Of a stretch of 64,000 nucleotides of DNA, positions 1-11,171 are shown in pieces; the stretch's first letter is position 1, and each line of letters begins with the position of its first letter. The stretch is from assembly GCA_963798085.1 (NCBI GenBank), contig CAWCRS010000007.1, positions 384,001-448,000 of the forward strand, in the 5' to 3' direction. The notes beneath the pieces are model-generated. The model was not told the origin of the DNA. It saw only the letters and a program-made list of their open reading frames with translations, and did no database searches. Position numbers and translations under genes: made by a program. The DNA comes from an uncultured Gemmatimonadales bacterium. Lineage in GTDB: Bacteria > Gemmatimonadota > Gemmatimonadetes > Longimicrobiales > RSA9.

Positions 1-50
1 TGGGCATCGTCATCGCGGGTGTCTATGACAAGCTGGTGGCCCGGATGTAG
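1..50 (+). CDS. 3' end of an upstream gene, truncated by the window edge
   Basis: The frame starting at base 3 reads GIVIAGVYDKLVARM then TAG at 48-50; product cannot be determined. Confidence 0.5.
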   Translation, partial: GIVIAGVYDKLVARM

Positions 51-313
51 GGCATGCGGCCGGTTGATGCGGAGGCGCAACAAGGCCCTGCAGGCGCATG
101 GGGCGCCCCTGCGAGGCGGTCCGTGGCCGGGCCGGGTGCGAGTTTCATAACCATATTTCTGGCATGTATTTAGAGAAGTGATACTAGCGTGGCCCGAGGC
201 CCGGCCGGGCGGTATCAGCTTTGCGCTTGGAGTCGCCTGGGAGCGGGCCAGGGCATGCTCGAGCCTGTGCGAGGGTGAGGCAGCAACGCGGGAAACGGCT
301 TGCGGGGGAAGCA

Positions 314-1087
314 GTGGCCGATCTGTCGCTGGTAATGCCGTGCTATAACGAAGAGGAATCGATTCCAGTCACGATTCCGCGGTTGATTGCTGCCTTCGAT
401 GCGGCCGGCTTCCAGCTCGAGCTGGTAGCGGTGGACAACGGCTCGAAGGATGGCACAGCGCGCGTGTTGGGCAAGCTGGCGGAACGGCACGCGCAGGTGA
501 AGATCGTGAGCATCGAAGTGAATCAGGGTTACGGCAACGGGCTGCTGGCCGGGATACCCGCGTGCAGTTCGCCGTGGATCGGCTTCATACCGGCGGATGG
601 TCAGGTGGATGCCGCCGACGTAGTGCACCTGTACGAATCGGCGGCGGCGTCGCATGGCAATGTAGTGGCCAAGGCGAGGCGACGTTTCCGCATGGACGGA
701 ATGCGGCGCAAGCTGGTCTCGGTTTCGTACAACCTGATGGTGCGTGTGCTGTGGCCCACGATGGACACGCTGGACGTGAACGGTACGCCGAAGATTCTGC
801 CGCGCGCCGCACTCCACGCGATGGCGCTGGAGTCGCGCGGCTGGTTTCTGGATCCGGAGATCATGATCAAGGCGCACTACATGGGACTGCGCGTGCTGGA
901 GTTCAATGTGTTCGCGCGCATGCGCGGGAGCGGCACTTCGCACGTGCGGGCGACGACGTGTGTCGAGTTCCTGCGCAATCTGCTGGTGTACCGTTTCACG
1001 TCGAAGCTGCGGAACTGGCGGCGAGGTGTGGGAGACTGGCGGACGCGCGAGCCGCAGGCGGCCGCGGTCGCGGAAGCGGGGCGCTGA
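314..1087 (+). CDS. Glycosyltransferase family 2, DPM1-like polyprenol-phosphate sugar synthase
   Basis: LSLVMPCYNEE, VDNGSKDGT, NQGYG, PADGQ and WFLDPEI motifs; GTG at 314 follows a GGGGGAAG RBS-like sequence. Confidence 0.88.
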   Translation: MADLSLVMPCYNEEESIPVTIPRLIAAFDAAGFQLELVAVDNGSKDGTARVLGKLAERHAQVKIVSIEVNQGYGNGLLAGIPACSSPWIGFIPADGQVDAADVVHLYESAAASHGNVVAKARRRFRMDGMRRKLVSVSYNLMVRVLWPTMDTLDVNGTPKILPRAALHAMALESRGWFLDPEIMIKAHYMGLRVLEFNVFARMRGSGTSHVRATTCVEFLRNLLVYRFTSKLRNWRRGVGDWRTREPQAAAVAEAGR

Positions 1088-1091
1088 GCTC

Positions 1092-2444
1092 ATGACACCC
1101 GACAGCGTGAAGGCGCGCCCGGCGATGGCCGGCGCGGCGGGCTCACCCGCGCGAGCGGACGGACACGCGGTGCCCGGAGGTGCAACGGTGGAGGCGGGGC
1201 GGCGGGCGGTGTACACGCGGCGCACCACGTGTCGGGCCTGTGGCGGCACGCGGGTACGTCGTTTCCTCGAGCTGGGCCCGCAGCCGCTGGCCAACGCGTT
1301 CCTGCGCGATGCCATGGAGTTCGCGAATGAGCCGCGCTTCCCGCTCGACGTCTTCTTCTGCGAGTCCTGCTCGCTGGTGCAGGTGCTCGATGTCATCGAC
1401 CCGGAGGTGCTGTTCCGCGACTACGTATACGTGACGGGCGTGTCGCAGACGATCGCGGAGCACAACAAGCGTTATGCCCGGGCGGTGGTCGAGCTGGTGC
1501 CGGTGCGGCCGCACGACCTGGTGGTGGAGGTGGCGAGCAACGACGGCAGTCTGCTGCGCTGCTTCCAGCCGTACGGTGCGCGCACGCTGGGCGTGGAGCC
1601 GGCCTCGAACATCGCGGCGCTGGCGCGGGCCGCGGGCGTGGAGACGATCGACGAGTTCTTCGACCTCGATGTGGCGAGGCGCCTGCGCGCGCGGCGGGGC
1701 GCCGCGCGTGCGGTCATCGCTAACAACGTGCTTGCGCACGTGGACGATACACGCGGTTTTCTGGCTGCGTTTCACGAGTTGCTGGCGGACAACGGGATGG
1801 CGGTGGTGGAAGTGCCGTACCTGGGCGAGCTGGTGGACCGGCTCGAGTACGACACCGTCTACCACGAGCACCTGTGCTATTTCTCGGTGACCACGATCCT
1901 GCGGCTGTGCGACGCGGTGGGCCTGTCGGTGCGGCGCATCGATCACGTGCCGGTGCACGGCGGGTCCCTGCGTGTTTATGCGGGGCGGGCGCAGACGTTC
2001 GGCGGCCATGCGCCCGCCGTGCTGGCGGACGCAGAAGCCGAGCACGGCCGCGGCCTGACGGATTTCGCGACCTACGAAAAACTGGCGGCGGCGGTGGTGC
2101 AGAACCGGGACGCAGTACGGACGCTGCTTCGTCGCCTGAAAGAGGAAGGCAGGAGCGTGGCCGGCTATGGTGCGCCGGCCAAGGGTAACACGCTGTTGAA
2201 CTACTGCGGCATCACCACGGACGAGCTGCCCTTCACGGTGGATCGGAATCCACTCAAGGTGGGTCGCTTCACGCCGGGCGCGCACATTCCGGTTCTGCCG
2301 GTGGAAACGCTGCTCGAGCGGCAGCCGGACTACGTGCTGATCCTGGCGTGGAATTTCGCCGAAGAGATCATGGCGCAGCTGGCGGACTACAGGACGCGCG
2401 GCGGCCGCTTCATCGTACCGGTTCCCGAGCCGGCGATTCTGTGA
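1092..2444 (+). CDS. NDP-hexose 3-C-methyltransferase (class I SAM-dependent, N-terminal Zn site)
   Basis: CRAC...CESC Zn ligands, EVASNDG, NNVLAHV, YHEHLCYFS, GYGAPAKGNTLLNYCG and LILAWNFAEEI match TylC3/EryBIII-type C-methyltransferases; ATG at 1092. Confidence 0.92.
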   Translation: MTPDSVKARPAMAGAAGSPARADGHAVPGGATVEAGRRAVYTRRTTCRACGGTRVRRFLELGPQPLANAFLRDAMEFANEPRFPLDVFFCESCSLVQVLDVIDPEVLFRDYVYVTGVSQTIAEHNKRYARAVVELVPVRPHDLVVEVASNDGSLLRCFQPYGARTLGVEPASNIAALARAAGVETIDEFFDLDVARRLRARRGAARAVIANNVLAHVDDTRGFLAAFHELLADNGMAVVEVPYLGELVDRLEYDTVYHEHLCYFSVTTILRLCDAVGLSVRRIDHVPVHGGSLRVYAGRAQTFGGHAPAVLADAEAEHGRGLTDFATYEKLAAAVVQNRDAVRTLLRRLKEEGRSVAGYGAPAKGNTLLNYCGITTDELPFTVDRNPLKVGRFTPGAHIPVLPVETLLERQPDYVLILAWNFAEEIMAQLADYRTRGGRFIVPVPEPAIL

Positions 2445-2446
2445 CC

Positions 2447-3277
2447 ATGAAGGTCGTGATTCTGGCCGGCGGCAAAGGCACGCGCATCCAGGAGGAGCAG
2501 CGTCCCAAGCCCATGGTGGAGATCGGCGGCAAGCCGATCCTGTGGCACATCATGAGCATTTACGCCGCGTACGGCTACAAGGAATTCCTGGTGGCGTGTG
2601 GCTACAAGGGCGAAGTCATCAAGGAATACTTCCACAATTTCTTCATTCACAGCAACGACTACGTCATCGACCTGAAGGACGGCTCGCTCAAGGTGCTGAA
2701 CACGAGCGGCACGGACTGGAAGATCGGTGTGATCGACACGGGTCTGGAGACGCAGACGGGTGGTCGCATCCGGCGGCTGCAGTCGTGGATCGGCGATGAG
2801 CCGTTCATGGCGACGTACGGCGATGGCGTGGGTGCGATCGACGTGCGCGGGCTGCTCGAGTTCCACCGCGCGCACGGCAAGCTGGCCACGGTGACGGCGG
2901 TGCGGCCGCCGGCGCGCTTCGGCGGGCTGTCCCTGCGCGGTGATGCGGTGCGCGAGTTCTCCGAGAAACCGCAGGCGGGCGAAGGCTGGATCAACGGCGG
3001 CTACTTCGTGTTCGAGCCGGGTGTTTTCTCGTACATCGACAACGACGAGACGATCCTGGAGCGTGATCCACTGGAGCGGCTGGCGGCGGAAGGCCAGCTG
3101 ATGGCATTCAAGCACACGGGATTCTGGCAGCCGATGGATACGCTGCGAGAGAAACATCTGCTCGATCAACTCTGGGCCGGCGGCAACGCGCCATGGAAAG
3201 TTTGGGAAACAAGGGATTCTGGAACGGGCGACGAGTCTTCGTCACGGGCGCGAGCGGCCTCCTCGGCTCCGCGCTAG
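2447..3277 (+). CDS. rfbF: Glucose-1-phosphate cytidylyltransferase
   Basis: [44 protein letters not shown] and APWKVW; the C-terminus runs 85 nt into the next gene. Confidence 0.93.
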   Translation: MKVVILAGGKGTRIQEEQRPKPMVEIGGKPILWHIMSIYAAYGYKEFLVACGYKGEVIKEYFHNFFIHSNDYVIDLKDGSLKVLNTSGTDWKIGVIDTGLETQTGGRIRRLQSWIGDEPFMATYGDGVGAIDVRGLLEFHRAHGKLATVTAVRPPARFGGLSLRGDAVREFSEKPQAGEGWINGGYFVFEPGVFSYIDNDETILERDPLERLAAEGQLMAFKHTGFWQPMDTLREKHLLDQLWAGGNAPWKVWETRDSGTGDESSSRARAASSAPR

Positions 3278-4248
3278 TCGAAGAGCTGGTCAGGCGAGGC
3301 GCACAGGTCACCTGCCTGGTGCGCGACTGGGTGCCCGACAGCCGTCTGGTGGAGGCCGGGCTGCTGGAGCGCGTCAACACGGTAAGGGGCGAGCTGGAGG
3401 ACCTCACCGTGCTCCTGCGTGCGCTCAACGAGTACGAGATCGACACGGTCTTCCACCTCGGTGCGCAGACCATTGTGGGCACGGCGAGCCGCTCGCCGCT
3501 GTCCACGTTCGAAGGGAACATCCGCGGCACGTGGAATCTGCTCGAGGCCTGCCGCATCTGCCCCCGCCTGGTGCAGCGGGTGATCGTGGCATCGAGTGAC
3601 AAGGCCTACGGCGAGCACGAAACGCTGCCCTACACGGAAGACGCGCCGCTGGTGGGGCGTTTTCCGTACGATGTGTCGAAGTCCTGCGCCGACCTGATAA
3701 CGTTCTCTTATCATGCGACCTACGGTGTGCCCGCGGCGGTCACGCGCTGCGGCAACCTGTTCGGCCCGGGCGACCTCAACTTCAACCGCCTGATCCCCGG
3801 CACCATCCGCTCGGTGCTGCAGGACGAGCGACCTGTGATACGCAGCGACGGCACGTTCGTGCGCGACTACTTCTTCGTGCGCGATGCGGTGGACGCGTAC
3901 CTGGAGCTGGCGGAGCGCGTGGGAGAGGCGGAGTGCACAGGGCGGGCATTCAACTTCGGCAACGAGCGGCCGCTTTCGGTACTCGAAGTGGTGGCCATGC
4001 TGCTCGCGCTGATGGGCCGGCCCGACCTGCAGCCCGAAGTGCGCAACGAGGCCACGCACGAGATCCAGCGGCAGTACCTGGACTGCGCGCGTGCGCGCAC
4101 CGTGCTGGGCTGGCGGCCGCAGCGCACGCTGGAAGAGGGTCTGCGGTCGACCATCGCGTGGTACGAACAGTTTCTGCGCGGCGATCGACGGGTTGCGGGT
4201 GTACGGGCCGCGGCGGGCGACGCGCCGGAGATCGCACGGCGAGCATGA
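3193..4248 (+). CDS. rfbG: CDP-glucose 4,6-dehydratase-like NAD-dependent epimerase/dehydratase
   Basis: [29 protein letters not shown] and [10 protein letters not shown]; directly follows rfbF. Confidence 0.8.
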   Translation: MESLGNKGFWNGRRVFVTGASGLLGSALVEELVRRGAQVTCLVRDWVPDSRLVEAGLLERVNTVRGELEDLTVLLRALNEYEIDTVFHLGAQTIVGTASRSPLSTFEGNIRGTWNLLEACRICPRLVQRVIVASSDKAYGEHETLPYTEDAPLVGRFPYDVSKSCADLITFSYHATYGVPAAVTRCGNLFGPGDLNFNRLIPGTIRSVLQDERPVIRSDGTFVRDYFFVRDAVDAYLELAERVGEAECTGRAFNFGNERPLSVLEVVAMLLALMGRPDLQPEVRNEATHEIQRQYLDCARARTVLGWRPQRTLEEGLRSTIAWYEQFLRGDRRVAGVRAAAGDAPEIARRA

Positions 4249-5993
4249 GTGCACTGGCCGGCGTGGGTGCACGCGAAGGAGCCGGAGCCGGCGCCGGCGC
4301 GCAGCGGCGAAGCAGGAGACAGCGTTCATCCTGGCTGAGCGCGGGGCCGATCGCTGGAGCCGCCGTCGCGCTGCTGGCCGTGCTGCTGCCGCCGGCCGCC
4401 ACAGCGGCCGCACTGACTGGTGCGGAGTCGACCCTGCTGCCACAGGTAACAAAAGGTGTCTGGATCCTCAAGGGCGTGCTGCTGGCGCACGCGCTGGCAT
4501 TGCCGCTGCTCGCACGTGCCCTGCGCACAGTCCGCATGAATCCGCCGCTGCTGGTGCGCACGGCGCCGGCGGAAGCCATGACGCGCGCGCACCGGTGGCT
4601 GCTGCTGGCGCTGCTCGGGCTGGGGCTGACGCTGCGACTGGTCGACCTGGGCGCAGGGCTCTGGCACGATGAGATCGCGACGCTGGTCGAATTCGGGCGT
4701 CTGCCGCTGGGCCAGATCGTCACCACCTACACGCAGCAGAATCAGCACGTGCTCTATTCCGTGCTCGCGCGGCTGGGGTTCATGCTGTTCGGTGAAAGCG
4801 ACGCACTGCTGCGCCTGCCGGCCGCGCTGCTGGGCGTGGCGAGCCTGGGCGCCGCGTACTGGTTCGCGTCGCTGGTGACCTCCCGTCGTGAAGCACTGCT
4901 GGTGACAGCGCTGCTCACGGTGTCCTACCACCACGTCTGGTTCTCGCAGAACGGCCGTGGCTACACGGGCATGCTGCTGTTCGCGCTGATCGCGAGCGGC
5001 CTGTTCCTGCGGTTGCTCACGGGTGAGACAGCCAATGCGTGGCGCACGGCGCTCGGGTACGCGGTGAGCATGGCGCTGGCCATCTACATCCACATGACCG
5101 CCGGCTTCATCGCGGCGGCACATCTGCTGATCTGGGCGACACTGGCCTGGCGCGGGCGGACGAAGGTGGGGCGGGCTCCGCTGCTGGTTCCGGTCGCGGC
5201 GCTGCTGCTCGCGGGCAGCTTCACGATCCTGCTGTACGCACTGGTGCTGCCGCAGCTGGGTAACACGGTATTGGCGCCGAAGACGACGTTCGCGGCGACG
5301 CCGTGGCGCAATCCGCTCTGGCTGGTGGCAGAGACGCTGCGCGGCGCGAGCCGCGGCCTGCCGGGTGGCTGGTTCGGGCTGGCCGGCGGCGTGATGGTCG
5401 GCGCGGCCGGTGTCTGGAGCTGGGCACGGCGCTCGCTGACGGTGACTGCGCTCATGCTCCTGCCGATACTGCTGACGGCGGGCTCGCTGGTGGCGCTGCA
5501 CCACAATCTGTGGCCGCGCTTCTTCTTCTTCGCGGCTGGTTTTCTCGTGCTGATCGCGGTCCGTGGCGTGTTCTTGCTGGCCAGCCTGACGGGCGCGCGA
5601 TCGCAGATGCTGGCGACTGCGGCGCTGGCGCTGGTGTGCGTGGCGAGCGAGCTGACGGTGCCGCGCGCCTGGGCGCCGAAGCAGGACTACCGCGCGGCGC
5701 TGGCGCTCGTGAATGCGCAACGCGCCGCGGGTGATGCGGTAGTGGCGAGCGGACTCGCCGCGTTTGCATACGACAGCTGGCTGCACGCGGGTGTGGCCGA
5801 TGTCGAGAATGCGACGCAGCTGGAGAGCATTGAGGCCGGGCACAGCCGGACCTGGCTGCTGTATTCGTTTCCGACGCACCTGGAAGCGGTGTCGCCGGAT
5901 ATCTGGGCCCGCCTGCAGCGGGAGTACCGCAAGATCGCGGAATTCCCGGGCACGGTCGCGGGTGGCACTGTCTACGTGATGAGCAGGCCATGA
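4245..5993 (+). CDS. GT-C fold membrane glycosyltransferase (GT39/ArnT-PMT-like)
   Basis: Many TM segments, LWHDE acidic motif after the first TMs, LRLPA, and [12 protein letters not shown] overlap with the upstream gene. Confidence 0.8.
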   Translation: MSALAGVGAREGAGAGAGAQRRSRRQRSSWLSAGPIAGAAVALLAVLLPPAATAAALTGAESTLLPQVTKGVWILKGVLLAHALALPLLARALRTVRMNPPLLVRTAPAEAMTRAHRWLLLALLGLGLTLRLVDLGAGLWHDEIATLVEFGRLPLGQIVTTYTQQNQHVLYSVLARLGFMLFGESDALLRLPAALLGVASLGAAYWFASLVTSRREALLVTALLTVSYHHVWFSQNGRGYTGMLLFALIASGLFLRLLTGETANAWRTALGYAVSMALAIYIHMTAGFIAAAHLLIWATLAWRGRTKVGRAPLLVPVAALLLAGSFTILLYALVLPQLGNTVLAPKTTFAATPWRNPLWLVAETLRGASRGLPGGWFGLAGGVMVGAAGVWSWARRSLTVTALMLLPILLTAGSLVALHHNLWPRFFFFAAGFLVLIAVRGVFLLASLTGARSQMLATAALALVCVASELTVPRAWAPKQDYRAALALVNAQRAAGDAVVASGLAAFAYDSWLHAGVADVENATQLESIEAGHSRTWLLYSFPTHLEAVSPDIWARLQREYRKIAEFPGTVAGGTVYVMSRP

Positions 5994-6922
5994 CGACGCA
6001 CACGGAACTGGAAAGCGCAGCGCCGGGCGCCATCGAACAGGTGGCGTCCACACTGGGCCGGCGGCTGGAAACGGCGGTCTCGATTGTCATCCCTGCGTTC
6101 AACGAAGGCGCGCACGTGGCGGAACAGGTGCGCGATGTGCGCCGGGTGATGGAGAGCACCGGCTGGGACTTCGAGATCATCGTGGTGGATGATGGCTCGG
6201 AAGATGACACGGCGCAGGCGGCGGCGGCCACTGGTGTGCGCGTACTGCGCCATCCGCGAAATCGCGGTTACGGTGCATCGCTCAAACGCGGCATTGCGGC
6301 GTCGCGTTTCGACTGGATCCTGATTACCGACGCCGACGGGACATACCCGGCCAATGCGATTCCGGGACTGCTGGCGCGCGCCGAGGACAACGACATGGTG
6401 GTGGGCGCGCGCACGGGTGAGCGGGTGGCGATCCCGCTGGAGCGCAGGCCCGCGAAGTGGTTTCTGCGCAAGCTGGCGAGCTACCTGGCGGGCATGGAGC
6501 TGCCCGACCTCAATTCCGGGTTGCGCCTGATGCGGCGGGAGCTGGTGGAGCGGTACCTGTACCTGCTGCCCTCCGGTTTCTCGTTCACCACCACCATCAC
6601 GCTGGCGTCGGCCTGCAACGAGCATTCGGTCGAGTACGTGCCGATCAACTACCTGCAGCGACTGGGCCGCTCCAAGATCCGGCCCCGTCACGCATACGAT
6701 TTCATGATGCTGATTCTGCGCACCATCGTCTTCTTCAATCCGCTGAAGGTGTTCATTCCGCTGGGTGCGTTCTGCTTCGTGCTCGGAATCGGCAAGTTCA
6801 TGTACGACGTGGTGCTGGATAACATCTCGGAGAGTGCCATCTTCTTCCTGCTGTCCGCGTTGATCATCTGGTGCGTGGGCATGCTGGCGGACCAGAACGC
6901 CAAGGTGGCGGCGCGCCGCTGA
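5990..6922 (+). CDS. Glycosyltransferase family 2 with two C-terminal TM helices (GtrB/ArnC-like)
   Basis: VIPAFNE, VDDGSEDDT, NRGYG, TDADGTY and DLNSGLR; ATGA overlap. Confidence 0.9.
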   Translation: MTTHTELESAAPGAIEQVASTLGRRLETAVSIVIPAFNEGAHVAEQVRDVRRVMESTGWDFEIIVVDDGSEDDTAQAAAATGVRVLRHPRNRGYGASLKRGIAASRFDWILITDADGTYPANAIPGLLARAEDNDMVVGARTGERVAIPLERRPAKWFLRKLASYLAGMELPDLNSGLRLMRRELVERYLYLLPSGFSFTTTITLASACNEHSVEYVPINYLQRLGRSKIRPRHAYDFMMLILRTIVFFNPLKVFIPLGAFCFVLGIGKFMYDVVLDNISESAIFFLLSALIIWCVGMLADQNAKVAARR

Positions 6923-6937
6923 GGCGGAGGCAACAGC

Positions 6938-8158
6938 ATGAAAAGGAAATGGCTGCCGGGCGTGCTGCTGGCGCTGGCCAGCACGCTCTTCACGCTGCTG
7001 CTGCTCGAAGTTGTGCTGCACATCGTGGATTTTCCCCGCAAGCAGATCAGCCACCAGAAGATCTTCATTGAGTGGGACTCCATTCGCGGCTGGCGCAACA
7101 TTGCGAACAAGCAGGGTCGTATCGCCACGGACGAATACGTGCGCGACCTGAGCTACAATGCGCGCAGCATGCGCGGCCCGGAGCTGCCCTACGCCAAGCC
7201 CGCTGGCACGTATCGCATCCTGCTGGTGGGCGATTCTTTCGTCGACGCCTACACGGAGGAATTGAACGACCGCGTGGGCAACGTGCTGGAACGGCTGCTC
7301 GACCAGGGCTCGCCCGCGCGTCACACCGAGGTGATCTCGCTGGGCACGGGTGGCTACAGCACCGACCAGGAGCTGCTGTGGCTGGAGTCGGAGGGTCTGC
7401 GCTACCAGCCTGATCTCGTGGTCCTGCTTTTCTACTACAACGACATCTGGTACAACATCCTGGACAGCTACTGGCGGGGAGGCAAGCCACGCTTCGTCAT
7501 GGAAGGCGACAGCCTGCGTCTGACCAACGTGCCGGTGCCCCGGCCGGGTGCAGCGCCGGCGGCGCGCGGCGTGCTGGGGCGTGTCAACCAGTTCGTGCGT
7601 GACAACTCGAGGTTATACTGGGTGCTGGCGCGTGTGGTGCAGAACCAGCCGAAGCTCTTCGGGCTGGCCGTGCGTCTGGGTCTCACGGAGCCCTCGCCGG
7701 AAATGGTGTTCGACGCATCGCAGGGCGCCGTCATTGCCGGTGAGTTCAGCGTGTTCCGTACGGACCCGCCTCCCGAAGTAGCCCGGGCGTGGTCCATGAC
7801 CGACGCGCTGGTGCGCCGCATGCGCGATGACGCGCACCGCAGTGGCGCCGCTTTCACCGCCTTCCACGTACCGGTGCGCAGCCGCATCTACACGCAGAAC
7901 GAGGATGTCCGGGCGAACGCGGGCTCGAGCGGCACGGACGTGGATGCCGTAACCCGTCGCTTCCAGGCGATGTGCGCCACCGACTCGATTCCCTGCCTCG
8001 AGCCGACCAGCCTGTTCGTGGCCGCGGCCGATTCACTGCGCACGAAAGACGAACGCCTCTACTATCAATACGACTGGCACTGGAACCACAACGGCCACGC
8101 GCTGGCCGCCCGCATCCTGGCGGACAGCATCCGCTTGCACATGGGAAAGCCATGGTGA
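6938..8158 (+). CDS. Membrane-anchored SGNH/GDSL family protein (AlgX/DltD-like transferase or esterase)
   Basis: N-terminal TM, GDSF block I, GGYSTDQE, YYND and DWHWN block V; GGAGG RBS. Confidence 0.85.
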   Translation: MKRKWLPGVLLALASTLFTLLLLEVVLHIVDFPRKQISHQKIFIEWDSIRGWRNIANKQGRIATDEYVRDLSYNARSMRGPELPYAKPAGTYRILLVGDSFVDAYTEELNDRVGNVLERLLDQGSPARHTEVISLGTGGYSTDQELLWLESEGLRYQPDLVVLLFYYNDIWYNILDSYWRGGKPRFVMEGDSLRLTNVPVPRPGAAPAARGVLGRVNQFVRDNSRLYWVLARVVQNQPKLFGLAVRLGLTEPSPEMVFDASQGAVIAGEFSVFRTDPPPEVARAWSMTDALVRRMRDDAHRSGAAFTAFHVPVRSRIYTQNEDVRANAGSSGTDVDAVTRRFQAMCATDSIPCLEPTSLFVAAADSLRTKDERLYYQYDWHWNHNGHALAARILADSIRLHMGKPW

Positions 8159-9288
8159 AAGAGAGTGCGAAGCAGGCGGCACGCGCGCCACTGTGGCGGC
8201 GTGCCCTGCTCGGCATCGTCGTCTCCATTCTGGTCTTCGTCGGCGCGCTGGCCGTGGTGGAAGGCCTGATCAGCGTGTTCCTGGAGGGCTGGGACCTCGC
8301 GTTCAATGCGGAAGCCGATCTTCCTTCGCGCGTGCACTCGGTTCCTGACACGCTGTTGGGATGGGTGAACAAGCCGGGGTTCCGCAATGACGCGATGTAC
8401 GGCCGGGGCGGTGCGCTGGTCATCAACCAGCAGGGCCTGCGGGCCAGCGCCGCGATTTCACCCGAAGTCCCGGCCGGCCGCGTGCGCTTTCTGTGCTCAG
8501 GTGACTCCTTCACATTCGGCATCGGCGTGAGCAATGATGACACCTGGTGCGCGCGGCTGCAGTCGGCGGATCCGCATGTAGAGACCGTGAACCTGGGTCA
8601 CGCGGGCTACGGCATTGACCAGGCGTACCTGTTCTACCAGCGCGAAGGGCTGAAGCTTGCTCACGACGTGCATGTGCTGGCGTTCATACCCGACGATTTC
8701 CGCCGGCTGCGTCTGGCGCGCTTTGTCGGTTACGCCAAGCCGGAGTTCCAGCTGTCGGGTGATTCACTGCTACTCGAAAACGTGCCCGTGCCTGCACCGA
8801 GCCGGTTCGGCATGTGGTATCAGCGCCGGTCCGGACTGCTGGGCCAGCTGCGCATTGTGCAACTGGGTCAGCGCATCAATTGGCGCGTGAACGGCCGCTA
8901 TATCCCGGACCGCCTCGATGGGCGCGCCGAGGCCCGTGCAGTAGCTGTGCGACTGTTCCAGCGCCTGCAGAACGAAGCACAGCAGGCCGGCCGTATCGTG
9001 GTGTTCGTGCTGCTCGATGAGCGAGCGGCGGGCAGCGGTCCGTTCGACGCGCTGGCCTCGGCACTGAGCGCGGACGCAGCGAAGCGGGGTCTGAACTTCA
9101 TCGACCTGCGCCACGAGTTCCGGCAGATCTCCGCCGATTCACTCGAAGCGATGTTCGATGCGCGTTTCGGCGGGCACTACTCGGCGCGCGGCAACGCGCG
9201 TGTCAGCAGCCTGCTGGCGCCGCGGCTGCTGGCGCTGCCGCAGGTCGCGGCGAGGCTGAAGTCGGTGTCGGCCGGGCCCGCGCACTGA
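8152..9288 (+). CDS. Second membrane-anchored SGNH/GDSL family protein
   Basis: N-terminal TM, GDSFTFG, GYGIDQ and GGHYS (His present, Asp of DxxH absent); ATG at 8152 overlaps the upstream gene. Confidence 0.82.
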   Translation: MVKESAKQAARAPLWRRALLGIVVSILVFVGALAVVEGLISVFLEGWDLAFNAEADLPSRVHSVPDTLLGWVNKPGFRNDAMYGRGGALVINQQGLRASAAISPEVPAGRVRFLCSGDSFTFGIGVSNDDTWCARLQSADPHVETVNLGHAGYGIDQAYLFYQREGLKLAHDVHVLAFIPDDFRRLRLARFVGYAKPEFQLSGDSLLLENVPVPAPSRFGMWYQRRSGLLGQLRIVQLGQRINWRVNGRYIPDRLDGRAEARAVAVRLFQRLQNEAQQAGRIVVFVLLDERAAGSGPFDALASALSADAAKRGLNFIDLRHEFRQISADSLEAMFDARFGGHYSARGNARVSSLLAPRLLALPQVAARLKSVSAGPAH

Positions 9289-9297
9289 CACAACGCG

Positions 9298-11005
9298 TCA
9301 TTTGCCGTAGATCGTGATCACACCCTTGCCGGGAATGCTCGTGCTGAGCGCCTGACCGGCGGCGAGATTCTGCTCCGGCAGCTCGATGTTCTTCTCCTGC
9401 GGTGACGAGTCATTGCTGCCGGTCGTGTAGAAGATGCCATACCGTCCCGGCGGCAGCCCGCCCACCGTGAAATTGACCGCCTGCGATGCTTCCGCCACGA
9501 CCACGTAACTGCCATCCGGATTGACGAACGCGACGGGGTCCAGCGTTGACTTCAATGATGTCGCGTCAATGCGCACGGCATTGTGGCGGACGTACTTGAA
9601 ATACTGCTTCAGGAAATAAGTGCGGCTGGCCACGCGAATCACGGGTGCGGCGGGATCAGTGGTATCGACGAGGAAGTACTTGCCGCCCGGGTCGCTGAGG
9701 CCGCACTGGGCCAGCGAGAACTGCTCCCACTCCGAGTTGAGACCCACCTTTAGGTCCTGGTGCAGATCGACGTAGCCGCTGCCAATGTGTTCCAGCATGC
9801 CGGTGCGTACACCGTATTGCGTGGCGCGATTGCCAATGGCCTGCAATGTCGACGTACTGGTAGCGCCATAACAATGATACGAGAAGTCGGTGAGGTACTG
9901 GCGCACGCCGCTGACGTTCATCAACTGATCGAAATACGTAACCGCGTTCGTCATGTTCATTGTCGACGGCGCGATGAATGCGGGCGTCCAGCCGGCGGCC
10001 CGCAGGCGATCCCCCGCCGCCACAATGAGCGGTCCGATCTGCGGCCCAGTCCAGATGTACTGGCTGAGCCCCGCATTGTCGGGTTCGTTGATGACCTCTA
10101 TCGCATCAGGCACCCAGCCGTACCGGTCGTGCAGGAACTGGAACGCGGCGAGCATGAATTCGCCGTACTCGGGCGGCGACTGCCGGTAGTCGAGAACGGC
10201 CGTGTTGCGGCCGAACTCAATGAAGTCGAGGACGATGTAGAGCTTCTCGCCGCGCGCGGCGAGTTTCTGGCGCAGCGGCTCGACCACCTTGTCGGTCGTG
10301 TAGCGCAATTCGCTGAAGTGGAAACCGGCCGGGTTGATGACATTGGGGTCATTGTTGTCGTTGACCGACTTGTACCAGACGGTCTGATAGTCGTCGAACG
10401 TGATCTGGCCGGCTTCGAGCTGACCCCAGTAGTCGATGGGATTCTCGGCGCTGCCGCGGACGCGGCAGGCAACGCGGTTGATGCCCAGACTCACGGTGCT
10501 GTCCATGAGAGCATCAATGAAGCGTTGTATGGAGGCGGGAGATAGATCGTGCCGCAGACGTGCCGCACTCACACTTGGCCGACATTGGCGACGCCATCCC
10601 AGCCTACCATGGTCTGGAAGGTAGTGCCCGCATTGAGGTCGATGTCACCGTGCGCGGGCTACGTGGGAAGACGTTCAATGTGCTCGGCCGAGTGCCCGTG
10701 CTCACCGTTGCCGTGAGCGTTGCGCTGCCGGCCGTGACGGCGGTGACGCGGCCGTTCTGGTCCGTGGTGGCACGCCAGACTTGTCCACCGACCAGCTGAA
10801 TTCCTGTCCATTCACGACGTTGCCGCCCGAGTCGTACGCGGTAGCGCCGAACTGCTGAGCCTGGCCGACATTGATCGTGGCCTGCAGCGGCGCGACCTGC
10901 ACGGAGGCGACGGTGACGGCGGTTCGATGATGGGTGATCCGGCTGCCTTCTCACAACAACCGCGAAGAGGAACACAACGAACAGCGCGGCGTCGAGCGAT
11001 CGCAT
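9298..11005 (-). pseudogene. Secreted or lipoprotein glycoside hydrolase, clan GH-A (GH30-like), with N-terminal Big_2 Ig-like domain; several frameshifts
   Basis: INEPDN acid/base motif, GMLEH candidate nucleophile, C-terminal VAFVNPDGSYVVV beta-domain. Upstream fragments in different frames give a signal peptide and VQVAPLQATINVGQAQQFGATAYD...NGRVTAVTAGSATLTAT. GGAGG precedes ATG 11005. Confidence 0.65.
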
Positions 11006-11171
11006 ACATCCTCCCACAGAATGGACCGCCAGACCTGGCTGAGGAGCTTTCGTGGAGGTGATGACCGGGTCGGTAATCAGCAAAGGCGTCCTTGCCCTTG
11101 GAACTGAACGGCATGATGGTGCAGAGACGAGTGGCTGCCTGCTCCGGTGGGGAAACCGGGTCGCCCTGGCG

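Noticed and set aside
141..190. Promoter in the AT-rich patch before the first GT2
   Set aside because: It is probably regulatory, but neither a properly spaced -35/-10 pair nor GG-N10-GC can be assigned.
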